From the IMG/VR virus record IMGVR_UViG_2802429240_000010: a DNA stretch of 32,334 nt; one strand, 5' to 3'. A model generated the notes under the pieces. The model searched no databases. It was not told the DNA's origin and worked only from the letters and a program-made list of their open reading frames with translations. This document shows positions 24,501-32,334 of this stretch, in pieces. Source of the DNA: a virus. Its lineage: Duplodnaviria > Heunggongvirae > Uroviricota > Caudoviricetes. The first letter of the stretch is position 1, and each line of letters begins with the position of its first letter. The position numbers and the translations under genes were made by a program.

Positions 24501-26791
24501 TATGTCCACTCCATTACTGTTGAGAATCCCGGCCACTCATCAGCGACCGGATACGTGAATTTTTTCCCGTCATAATTTACAGTCGCGCCACGCGCCAGCG
24601 CCTCAAGCTCCCATCGCTGAGGCCTGATACCGTTCTGAGCAAGGTCAACGCGGATACGGGTGATTTGCATTCGTTCCGACCGGGTCAGTCTGGCCGATGG
24701 TGCAATTTCATGTGGTTTTAACGGGCTTCCGTTTCTTTGCTGACGACTTGGCGTTCTCCGACCGTGTTTTAATGCACCCCTGAGCGCCCTCACGACCTCC
24801 GGGTCATTCCATTCGATAACACCGTCATCAACCAGATTAAGCACTGCTGCAACGTGCTCAGAAGGTGTGGGAGCCGGTAACGAAGTATCACTACCGGTGA
24901 GCTTTCCACAGTTATTGACAGGACTCCGAGGCGCGGCGATGCCGCTTTTTAAAGTCAAAGGCTCAACGACCGGAACTTTCGGCACAATGCGCCAGTCCGT
25001 CGTTCTGGTGATATGAATATGACGCGCGCCGAGATGCGGCGCGTAAATGCCGACCACTCTCTCGACTTCTTCCTCGTACTCGTTAACGTCATCCGACGGG
25101 CTACGGGCAACCCTGACAGTCTGACAATCGCGCGGGACATTTGCCCCACCCTGCGCGCTGATATACAACGCAAAATCACCACTGTCTGCGGCAGCGCGAG
25201 CAGCCTCGACGCGTTCGTCAAACTCATCAGCAATGCTGACGCCGCTAGGCAATTTGCGTAGTTCACGGTAAGCCCCCATTGTCGGCAGGCCAACCGTTTT
25301 AAATTGTGGAATACGCCACGTTGACGCCCATGCGGTAACAGCCGCTGCAGTATCTTTCAGCGGCCTGCCGGTATCGTTATCGAGCTGACCATCCAGTGCA
25401 TAGCCGTCGATGTTTTTTGAGATGTATTTCGCGATATACCCCGCAGCACCGCCCCGGTTAAGATGTTTTGCCTGAAAACGGTTTCGCGCGGCTCCTCTTT
25501 CGTCGCCATCCTCTTTGAGCGCATAGCGACGCATGATTTCGATAATCTGGTTACGCTGGCGTGGATTACAAAAAAGCATCATATGCCAGTGCGGCGTTCC
25601 GTCGTGGTGTGGCTCGACGACTCGCAAACCGTAGACCTGTAAATCATTATCCTTGAATGCCGTGCGCATCAGGCTCCAGATACGGCAAAGATAACGCTGC
25701 GCATCCTTTGGATTAAATGCCTCATCGTTCCAGCCGTGATTAAGCTGAACGGTTTTACTTTCGCCTTTTCCGACCTGACGTGTCGGGTGATACTTTGACG
25801 GCGCGGTCAGCGTGATAAACATCCCCACATCACCCTCTGCGGCGGCGTAACGCTCAATACCGGCAATGGTGTTCATCAGCTCCATCCGGCGAATTTCAGG
25901 ATTAGAAATACTGCCCATCACCTTACTGATAAGGTCGATGCGTTCGCCGGTTTCCCTGTTTTCGAGGTCACACGATTTAAGAAATTCCAGATTTGCCTGG
26001 CGGCGTGCACGTACATCACGAATGGCATGTTTACTGGCATAAGGAGAACGGTCTTTATTCACCGCCCCGACAGCAATCAGTAACGCCTCATGCCAGCGCA
26101 TACGCTGGCCTTTAAGCTGATGAGTCCACCACTCATCGTTAAACAGACGGGCAATGGCAGAATATGCCCGCCTCGTGGTCATCTGTCCTTTACGGTATTT
26201 TTTCCAGTAGAGCGGGGAAATATTGAAAGCACGTGCAGCGCCAGCAACATGACCATAGAGGTGAGCCTGCGCCTCATCCGTAAACAGCGATTCTTTTTCG
26301 CCATGCGCATCCACCCAGGCATCGCTGAGTTCCTCATACATCATGAAAAGCTGCGATGAGATACGGACGGCAAATTTTTTCAGCTCCTTGTCATTCATTC
26401 CCGGCAGGCGTGCATACTGGTCGCGCTCTGCCAGAAACAGCAACGACGCGTCGGTGTTCATTTCATGGCGCTGATTCACGCGCTCAATGCGCGGCCATAA
26501 ACGACGCTGAAAAGTGGATGTGAGGAAATAAAACCCGTGTAGCGGACTTTTATTGCGCCGGATGTAGTCATAGCGTGAAGTAAACAGCGAGCGCAAAAAG
26601 TAAGGCAGGCGGTTAATCGTGGATAAAACACCTTGCACCTGACGCATCTCGTCACGTGTAAGGGTTCTTTCGCGCCCGACGGCCTCGCGTGGCGCGTTCC
26701 ATGCATAAGCACCGGTAAACGCCTTACCGGTGCCTGCAGCAAATGCTGACGGAGGTACGCAGGTGTATTGCTCCTGGAAAGAATGACTCAT
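24500..26791 (-). CDS. A: Replication initiation endonuclease (P2 gpA-like, rolling-circle), 763 aa
   Basis: Near full-length match to P2 gpA as I recall it (VPPSAFAAGTGK...FTYPVADEWPGFSTVMEWT); size ~761 aa. Confidence 0.9.
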   Translation of the reverse strand: MSHSFQEQYTCVPPSAFAAGTGKAFTGAYAWNAPREAVGRERTLTRDEMRQVQGVLSTINRLPYFLRSLFTSRYDYIRRNKSPLHGFYFLTSTFQRRLWPRIERVNQRHEMNTDASLLFLAERDQYARLPGMNDKELKKFAVRISSQLFMMYEELSDAWVDAHGEKESLFTDEAQAHLYGHVAGAARAFNISPLYWKKYRKGQMTTRRAYSAIARLFNDEWWTHQLKGQRMRWHEALLIAVGAVNKDRSPYASKHAIRDVRARRQANLEFLKSCDLENRETGERIDLISKVMGSISNPEIRRMELMNTIAGIERYAAAEGDVGMFITLTAPSKYHPTRQVGKGESKTVQLNHGWNDEAFNPKDAQRYLCRIWSLMRTAFKDNDLQVYGLRVVEPHHDGTPHWHMMLFCNPRQRNQIIEIMRRYALKEDGDERGAARNRFQAKHLNRGGAAGYIAKYISKNIDGYALDGQLDNDTGRPLKDTAAAVTAWASTWRIPQFKTVGLPTMGAYRELRKLPSGVSIADEFDERVEAARAAADSGDFALYISAQGGANVPRDCQTVRVARSPSDDVNEYEEEVERVVGIYAPHLGARHIHITRTTDWRIVPKVPVVEPLTLKSGIAAPRSPVNNCGKLTGSDTSLPAPTPSEHVAAVLNLVDDGVIEWNDPEVVRALRGALKHGRRTPSRQQRNGSPLKPHEIAPSARLTRSERMQITRIRVDLAQNGIRPQRWELEALARGATVNYDGKKFTYPVADEWPGFSTVMEWT

Positions 26792-27795
26792 TCACATACA
26801 CCGGCATAGACACTACTGCAAACTGACTTATCATTCACCGAAGCCAGCAAATCAAACTGTGCCCCGCCACGCGTGGTCATCGCCCAGTCACGATAAGACT
26901 CAATTCCGTAAGCATCGACAGTAATAATATCAATGCGGCGTTCCGCACGACGCGGGTCATGAGTTGACGGGAAGAAAGTAGAATTTCCGCGTCTGGAGCA
27001 TGCGGCGACAAGTCGCTCCCATTCCGCAACACGCTTAACCTCTTCCGGCCAGCGACTAAAAATTTCAGCTAATTCAGACTTTCTGGCGTGGATGCAGGGC
27101 ATACAACCGACACGACTGCATCCCTGCTGGTATAACGGATTAGGTTTAATTCCATGACGTCTTGCAAATGCAAATACCTCCTCATGCGTCCAGTTCAGAA
27201 TAGGACGGTATACATGGAGCCCGGGCGTATTGTCCGCATCCTCTTCCCAGGCAGGCAGACCCGCGCGCGCAGGAGACTCCTGAGCGCGAACCCCCTGCCA
27301 GCTAATTACCTCATCAAACTCATTAAGCGCAGGTAACACGACCTGAGTACGTACTGGCTCATGTTTAAGGTCAAAAGTGCAAAATCTGGCTTTAGTGGAA
27401 GGAAATCGCCCTTTCCACATGCACAAATCAAGAAATGGGATACCAGTAGGCTTGAGAATTTCCAGCGCACAATTGATGCGCTCTGCCGCTTCCCCCGGAG
27501 ACATTCCGCACTCTTCAACCAGAGAAACAGGCCATTTCTCAGCAATAAACTTGCGCTTACCTTCAATCTGTCGAGAGAAGTCAGCTTTAACCCGTTTAAC
27601 CGGCCCGAGTCGGTTCTCCAGATAATCGAGATACTCCATTGTCTGCGGATGCTCATGCCCGGTGTCTGCAAAAACCGGCAAAAAATGCACACCGCTTTCA
27701 ATACCAACAAGCCATTGAGCAAGGCTATCCTTTCCGCCAGAAACAGAAATAATATTGATAGAGCTTTCAGCTCGGCAGCGGGTATCAACTATCAT
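26788..27795 (-). CDS. PAPS-reductase / DndC-like PP-loop family protein, 335 aa
   Basis: PP-loop motif SGGKDS near the N-terminus (ISVSGGKDSLAQW); C-terminal cysteine cluster CSRVGCMPC; stop overlaps the A start (ATGA). Confidence 0.8.
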   Translation of the reverse strand: MIVDTRCRAESSINIISVSGGKDSLAQWLVGIESGVHFLPVFADTGHEHPQTMEYLDYLENRLGPVKRVKADFSRQIEGKRKFIAEKWPVSLVEECGMSPGEAAERINCALEILKPTGIPFLDLCMWKGRFPSTKARFCTFDLKHEPVRTQVVLPALNEFDEVISWQGVRAQESPARAGLPAWEEDADNTPGLHVYRPILNWTHEEVFAFARRHGIKPNPLYQQGCSRVGCMPCIHARKSELAEIFSRWPEEVKRVAEWERLVAACSRRGNSTFFPSTHDPRRAERRIDIITVDAYGIESYRDWAMTTRGGAQFDLLASVNDKSVCSSVYAGVCE

Positions 27796-28073
27796 TTAGA
27801 TTTCCCCGCACAGAGAAACGCAGTCAGACACTGCTGACCGAGCTGCTCAACCTGAGAGCTCAGCGCCTCAAAAGAGACAGCGTTACCGCTCAAAATATCG
27901 TGATGGATCAGACCGGAAACGAGCTGGTTTAATTTGGGGTAATAGCCGACAACATCCAGCCACTCTTTACCGGCATTCTTCCCGGTTTCAGCGGTCTTTC
28001 TCTCCTGCAAAATGAACTGAAAACGGTCATTTGTGACGACATAACGCTCGCCAATCTCGATACGAATGCTCAT
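27792..28073 (-). CDS. Hypothetical protein, 93 aa
   Basis: ORF in the early operon with 4-nt overlap onto the PAPS-reductase-like gene; no recognisable motif. Confidence 0.5.
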   Translation of the reverse strand: MSIRIEIGERYVVTNDRFQFILQERKTAETGKNAGKEWLDVVGYYPKLNQLVSGLIHHDILSGNAVSFEALSSQVEQLGQQCLTAFLCAGKSK

Positions 28074-28294
28074 GCCATTCTCCGGTAATGCTTGTTTTTT
28101 GCTTCAAAGACTGACTGGCAGGAAACACAACGCGTGGCTGACGGATAAGCCGCACGACGGGCAGCAGGTATTGGCGCGTCACACTCTTCGCAAACCAGCG
28201 CAGAAACACCGCAATGCTTTACCCTTGCCGCGTTAATCTGGCGCTCCAGTAATTCAGACTGTTGTTCCTGAATAAAATCTACGTTGTCCGGCAT
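28070..28294 (-). CDS. TraR/DksA-family C4 zinc-finger protein, 74 aa
   Basis: CEEC-x17-CVSC zinc-finger spacing typical of TraR/DksA; small protein in the early operon. Confidence 0.7.
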   Translation of the reverse strand: MPDNVDFIQEQQSELLERQINAARVKHCGVSALVCEECDAPIPAARRAAYPSATRCVSCQSVFEAKNKHYRRMA

Positions 28295-28584
28295 TACCAG
28301 TTCCTTTTGTCGTTCAGTTTTTTAAATTCATCAGCGCAATAGCTGGCGATTTCTGTCGTTAATTTCGTCAGTTCATCCACGGAGGAAATTTGCTTGTGAA
28401 ATACAGCGCGTTTAACAAGTAAATTGACCACATCAGACAGGAGATTTAATTTATCCGCATAAATGGCTATAGTTGATTCCACCATATCCCCAGTGTTTTT
28501 ATCGCGTTTAATATCAGCTAGCGACAAATCACCATTTTTCATGGCTGAAATCTTCAGCCAGTTATTAAGCAATATATTTTTCAT
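28294..28584 (-). CDS. Hypothetical early protein, 96 aa
   Basis: ORF with ATG start, overlapping its neighbours by a few nt in an operon-like arrangement; AT-rich codon usage. Confidence 0.5.
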   Translation of the reverse strand: MKNILLNNWLKISAMKNGDLSLADIKRDKNTGDMVESTIAIYADKLNLLSDVVNLLVKRAVFHKQISSVDELTKLTTEIASYCADEFKKLNDKRNW

Positions 28585-28826
28585 TCGCTATATGCCCTCT
28601 CCGCAGAATCAATCATTTCCCGGCCATTATCGGTAATACAGAAACCTTCTCTTGATTTGGTCACAAGCCCCCATTTCCCCATTGCTATAAATGCTTTTTC
28701 CACACGACTAGGACAGGAGCGGAAGACATCGCTTGAAGGATGTAGTGGAGTCTTGTCATCTAATTTTTTAAGTAATGAAAGTTGATAATCTGTTAAGCGT
28801 TTCCTGAACCATTTTGTATTTGTCAT
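28581..28826 (-). CDS. Hypothetical early protein, ~81 aa
   Basis: The track start at 28832 is TTG; the first ATG is at 28826-28824 (MTNTKWF). Contains CITDNGRE. Confidence 0.5.
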   Translation of the reverse strand: MTNTKWFRKRLTDYQLSLLKKLDDKTPLHPSSDVFRSCPSRVEKAFIAMGKWGLVTKSREGFCITDNGREMIDSAERAYSE

Positions 28827-28840
28827 CTCCAACTTTCCTG

Positions 28841-29053
28841 TTATTTATTGAGTCCTAGATTATGGAATTTGGCAGACTCCTGACTGAGCAGCTCGACAAT
28901 CTCCACGCGGGATAACTCCGCCTTTGTGATGTGGCGAATCATGGCATCAAGATGAGACGAAAAGCGCGTTGCTGCATCGGCCTGTGCTTCGGTTCTGGCC
29001 TGTTGCAGCATTAATGCGTATTTACCGCACTGATTTTCAGAAACTGTATGCAT
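28841..29053 (-). CDS. Hypothetical early protein, 70 aa
   Basis: ATG at 29053 (MHTVSENQ) with a GGAGA ribosome-binding site; the longer track ORF has an unsupported upstream start. Confidence 0.5.
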   Translation of the reverse strand: MHTVSENQCGKYALMLQQARTEAQADAATRFSSHLDAMIRHITKAELSRVEIVELLSQESAKFHNLGLNK

Positions 29054-29118
29054 GACTTTCTCCAGGCAAAAAGAAGCCCCCCGCACGATTAAGTGCGTTA
29101 AAAACTTTGGTTAATTAC

Positions 29119-29619
29119 TTAATGCAGATATTGCTCTGGTTTTACCGACGTCAGAATTGTCGGTGCATATTCAAACAGACTAAATAATTCACGTAATGCA
29201 CGGAATAAAGCATCACGCCAGTAACATGACTCTTCATTAATTCGCCAGTATGGCTGGTTAAATTCTTTTTCTGTCAGTCGTGCGTGCATAAATAAAGTAC
29301 GGCGCTGACTGACAGTTAAAAAGCTAATATATGCATACTCACTTGCACCGACCTGACGGCGTTTTGAGAATGCCCCACGCAATTCATCAATTGCACAAAC
29401 CAGCCGTTCACGTTCGACGTCGTTCATTTCTTCAAAACGCATCGTTGCATGACGCTGTTTTAACTGCGCATGGAAGCAAACCGTTAGCCGTTCGCGCTCC
29501 ATCATCTGATTATAATAATCACATGTCTCCTGCCAGCGAGGGACGGCAAGATGCTTACCAATTATCCGGCGCATAGTTGCTGGTTGTTTTTCAACGAGAT
29601 TGAGCGTCATCACTGTCAT
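29119..29619 (-). CDS. B: Replication protein B (P2 gpB-like), ~166 aa
   Basis: Closely resembles P2 gpB as I recall it (ERERL.VCFHAQLK...YAPTILTSVKPEQYLH); start chosen at the third Met to give 166 aa. Confidence 0.85.
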   Translation of the reverse strand: MTVMTLNLVEKQPATMRRIIGKHLAVPRWQETCDYYNQMMERERLTVCFHAQLKQRHATMRFEEMNDVERERLVCAIDELRGAFSKRRQVGASEYAYISFLTVSQRRTLFMHARLTEKEFNQPYWRINEESCYWRDALFRALRELFSLFEYAPTILTSVKPEQYLH

Positions 29620-29786
29620 TTCCATACCCTCCGGCTTTTCAGAAAGGTCAGAGCCTTCTTTAACGGACTCTGTTTTTTGGTGCGAATAATGATGCCTTTG
29701 CGCCCCTTCCCATGGGTGATGGTGAAGTCAATCGCCCTGGGGCTTTCGTTACGCAATAACTGAGCAATACAACGAGGTTCCTGCAT
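29616..29786 (-). CDS. Hypothetical small basic protein, 56 aa
   Basis: ATG at 29786 preceded by AGGAGG (plus-strand cctcct at 29791-29796); stop overlaps the B start codon. Confidence 0.4.
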   Translation of the reverse strand: MQEPRCIAQLLRNESPRAIDFTITHGKGRKGIIIRTKKQSPLKKALTFLKSRRVWK

Positions 29787-29902
29787 AACTCCTCCTGAAA
29801 CAGAGCCGGTTTTTAGCCATGTCCGGCACATGGTCTTGTGATATGCTCCAAACGCTACACTCCACATGTATGCAATTAGTTAATAACACAAGGGAAAAAA
29901 TC

Positions 29903-30076
29903 ATGAATAATGAAGAAAAGGTAAAATTTCTCTTTGAGCAAACTTGCGTGGTAATCAGCTCCTCCATACCTCACATGAACCCCAACGTTACGCTGGATAA
30001 GCACACTCAACGTCTCTTTGACTCGATTTATCCAGTATTGGAAAAAAAGCTCGAGGAGAAATTAGCCTCCAGTTAA
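29903..30076 (+). CDS. Possible small protein, 57 aa, antisense to the early operon
   Basis: ATG at 29903 preceded by agggaa; ORF reads MNNEEKVKFLFEQ... to TAA; lies in a ~295-bp gap between minus-strand genes. Confidence 0.3.
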   Translation: MNNEEKVKFLFEQTCVVISSSIPHMNPNVTLDKHTQRLFDSIYPVLEKKLEEKLASS

Positions 30077-30080
30077 TGCA

Positions 30081-30269
30081 TCATTCGTCATAAGACAGAA
30101 AATCAATGACGCCAGCGATAACGCTGATATCTTTGCCGGACACCTGTTTATCTAAGCGTCCGGCCTCTTCTTTAATGAAATCCCCGATTTTTACCGCCAG
30201 TTCTAAAATTTCTCTCTGCGTCAGTGCCTTATCTGTGCCGCACTGGTTCGCACTATTTTTATTCGCCAT
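30081..30269 (-). CDS. Hypothetical early protein, 62 aa
   Basis: ATG at 30269 with an AGGGGA ribosome-binding site; lies between cox and B. Confidence 0.5.
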   Translation of the reverse strand: MANKNSANQCGTDKALTQREILELAVKIGDFIKEEAGRLDKQVSGKDISVIAGVIDFLSYDE

Positions 30270-30323
30270 GACTTTCCCCTTATGCCGTCCGCCCCGTTGC
30301 CGACAGCCTGATTTAGCAATGAT

Positions 30324-30596
30324 TTAAAGCCCCATCCACAGCAGCCACGCGTCGCGCTGTTCAACCGGTCGGTTGTAGAATGCCTCACGCACAGCACGAT
30401 TAAACTCTGGAATGAAAACCCACTTCTCACCGACACGAGCGTTCGGCTTACTTGGATCCCGAAGCTCAATAACTGGCAATTTATTTTCTTTTACCATCTT
30501 GACTACCGCCGTTTCTGGCTTACCAAGTAACTCTGCAAACTTAACCGTATGTACCGCATCAAGCGGGTACTGAATCACATAGTCATTGACTCCCAT
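30324..30596 (-). CDS. cox: Cox-like excisionase / lytic-switch regulator, 90 aa
   Basis: First gene of the minus-strand early operon, divergent from C; helix-turn-helix-like region (FAELLGKPETAVVKMVKENKLPVIEL); size as P2 Cox. Confidence 0.7.
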   Translation of the reverse strand: MGVNDYVIQYPLDAVHTVKFAELLGKPETAVVKMVKENKLPVIELRDPSKPNARVGEKWVFIPEFNRAVREAFYNRPVEQRDAWLLWMGL

Positions 30597-30750
30597 TGGT
30601 TAGCCCCTTTTTGCTTTCGTGTTACCCTTGTTAGTTCCAGTCCCTTACAAGTCGCTCCTGTCCTTACTAGGGACTGGTTTGCGCACCCCAAAAGGTTCTT
30701 ACCTTTAGACCTTTTGCGGCAATATAGTCTTTAACTAGGAACCATGTCAA
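30597..30750. promoter_or_regulatory. Lysis/lysogeny switch region (divergent Pe/Pc-type promoters and operators) between cox and C
   Basis: 154-bp gap between divergent cox and C; contains a 9-bp inverted repeat ccagtccct (30637-30645) / agggactgg (30669-30677) and a CCTTnnTAG direct repeat. Confidence 0.55.
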
Positions 30751-31044
30751 ATGAAAGTAGCCGATAAAATTAAGGCAATACGTAAAGCAGAGGGTTTAAC
30801 TCAAGTAAAGTTTTGTGAAATCAGCGGCCTAGCACTTAGCACGTTAAAAAATTACGAGGGAGGACATGCAGAGCCCGGCTTGGGAGTGGTGATGAAAATC
30901 ACAAACACCCCTCAGTTTCAGAAATACACCCTTTGGCTAATGACAGATAAAACAGCTCCGCAAGCTGGTCAGATTGCACCGGCTCTCGCACACATTGGGC
31001 AAAAACCAACAGAACCGGGCCACTCCGAGAAACAGACTGGTTAA
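30751..31044 (+). CDS. C: Immunity repressor (P2 C-like), 97 aa
   Basis: C-terminal half TPQFQKYTLWLMTDKTAPQAGQIAPALAHIGQ matches P2 C repressor as I recall it; directly upstream of int. Confidence 0.8.
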   Translation: MKVADKIKAIRKAEGLTQVKFCEISGLALSTLKNYEGGHAEPGLGVVMKITNTPQFQKYTLWLMTDKTAPQAGQIAPALAHIGQKPTEPGHSEKQTG

Positions 31045-31113
31045 CACTCTATAAACATTACATTTTCACCATTTGTTACCAAGATGGTGAATACAGCGCC
31101 AGAGGGCTTTCTT

Positions 31114-32094
31114 ATGTCAATTAAGAAGCTCGATGATGGACGCTATGAAGTGGACATAAGACCTCGCGGTCGCGACGGAAAACGCATCCGCAGGAAGTTT
31201 GAAAGAAAAGCTGAGGCTGTAGCATTTGAGCGATACACAATCGCCAATGCCAGTCAGAAAGAATGGGCAGTTCAGCGAACAGACCGCCGAACTTTGACAG
31301 AGTTGCTGGACATCTGGTGGAAATATCACGGGCAAAACCACGCGCATGGAACAAAAGAGTTTAATCATCTGCTCAAAACCATCAGCGGCATAGGTGATAT
31401 ACCTGTAAGCCGGATGAGCAAAAGAGCTTTGATGGATTATCGTTCCATGCGACTACGTGATGGTATCAGTGCCGCAACGATAAACCGTGACATGTACCGA
31501 TTATCCGGCATGTTCACAAAATTAATTCAATTGGATGAATTTTCCGGGCAACACCCAATTCACGGACTGCCGCCACTGGCGGAGGCCAATCCTGAAATGA
31601 CGTTCCTGGAAAAAGCAGAAATCGAAAAACTGTTAAATGTTTTGACTGGTGATGACTTACTTGTCGCGCTTTTATGTCTGAGCACTGGAGGAAGATGGAC
31701 GGAAGTTGCCACGCTAAAACCAGCACAGATTACAAGTTGTAGGGTTACCTTCCTGAAAACCAAAAACGGTAAAAAGCGAACCGTGCCGATTTCTGAGGAA
31801 CTGGAGAAGAAAGTTAAAGAGGAGGCCAGCGCTAAATTGTTCAAGGTCGATTATGAGAAGTTTTGTGGAATTTTACGCAGAGTAAAACCTGATATCCCAC
31901 CCAATCAGGCAACCCATATCCTGCGCCATACCTTCGCAAGCCATTTCATGATGAACGGGGGCAATATTATTGCGTTGCAACAGATTCTCGGACACGCAAG
32001 CATTCAGCAGACGATGGCCTACGCGCACCTTGCACCTGATTACCTGCAAAACGCAGTAGCATTAAACCCGCTAAAGGGAGGTTTAACGGTTTGA
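31114..32094 (+). CDS. int: Tyrosine integrase (P2 Int-like), ~326 aa
   Basis: IKKLDDGRYEVDIRP...GKRIRRKF N-terminus as in P2 Int; C-terminal catalytic region HxLRHTFAS...ILGH...Y. The track ORF starts 10 codons earlier at 31084. Confidence 0.85.
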   Translation: MSIKKLDDGRYEVDIRPRGRDGKRIRRKFERKAEAVAFERYTIANASQKEWAVQRTDRRTLTELLDIWWKYHGQNHAHGTKEFNHLLKTISGIGDIPVSRMSKRALMDYRSMRLRDGISAATINRDMYRLSGMFTKLIQLDEFSGQHPIHGLPPLAEANPEMTFLEKAEIEKLLNVLTGDDLLVALLCLSTGGRWTEVATLKPAQITSCRVTFLKTKNGKKRTVPISEELEKKVKEEASAKLFKVDYEKFCGILRRVKPDIPPNQATHILRHTFASHFMMNGGNIIALQQILGHASIQQTMAYAHLAPDYLQNAVALNPLKGGLTV

Positions 32095-32097
32095 TAA

Positions 32098-32334
32098 CTA
32101 ATCATGCAGCATAGTCCGTTTGCTATCGACCAAGACGATAAGCGCACCTTGCGATGTAACGTCGTCCTGATAGACGTCAAAGCTTAACCCGTCGGCCTGC
32201 GCTTTCCCAGCAGGTCTGAATTTAAGCGACCAGTTGTAACCACAAAGGATGGTCATAACACCTTTAAAAAGTGGGATGACCAGTTTAATGCGTTTACGCA
32301 AAGGGAGTTTTGAAGAAATGACAAACAGTTCCAT
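32098..32334 (-). CDS. Hypothetical ORF at the right edge, probably host flank or att-overlapping gene; possibly truncated by the window
   Basis: 78-codon ORF beginning exactly at the window end and converging on the int stop; no recognisable motif. Confidence 0.25.
   Translation of the reverse strand: MELFVISSKLPLRKRIKLVIPLFKGVMTILCGYNWSLKFRPAGKAQADGLSFDVYQDDVTSQGALIVLVDSKRTMLHD

Noticed and set aside
1-32334. Scan for CRISPR arrays, tRNA or rRNA genes, insertion-sequence transposases and retron reverse transcriptases.
   Set aside because: No regularly spaced short direct repeats, no tRNA-like cloverleaf candidates noticed at the int-proximal end, and no transposase or reverse-transcriptase motifs in any long ORF.

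Overview
This window is an almost complete P2-like (Peduovirus-type) enterobacterial prophage, in reverse orientation to the canonical P2 map, and its one clearly foreign cargo is a candidate undescribed defence module. Reading on the minus strand from the left: tail genes D-U-T-E/E'-FII-FI, tail fibre G-H, baseplate I-J-W-V, tail completion S-R, lysis cassette lysC/lysB/lysA-K-Y, then X and head genes L-M-N-O. Terminase P and portal Q run on the plus strand, followed by the 19-nt P2 cos site at 20478-20496. The early region follows on the minus strand (A, a PAPS-reductase-like gene, several small ORFs, B, cox), then the C repressor and integrase on the plus strand at the right end. The ogr gene and the left attachment site lie outside the window. 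Between cos and gene A, where P2 carries old/tin, sits an AT-rich island: a DUF262/ParB-like protein (20640-21764), a putative HEPN protein (21771-22502) and a convergent C5-cytosine DNA methyltransferase (22499-23536). All calls rest on reading the six-frame translations and my recollection of P2 protein sequences and family motifs; no database search was run.
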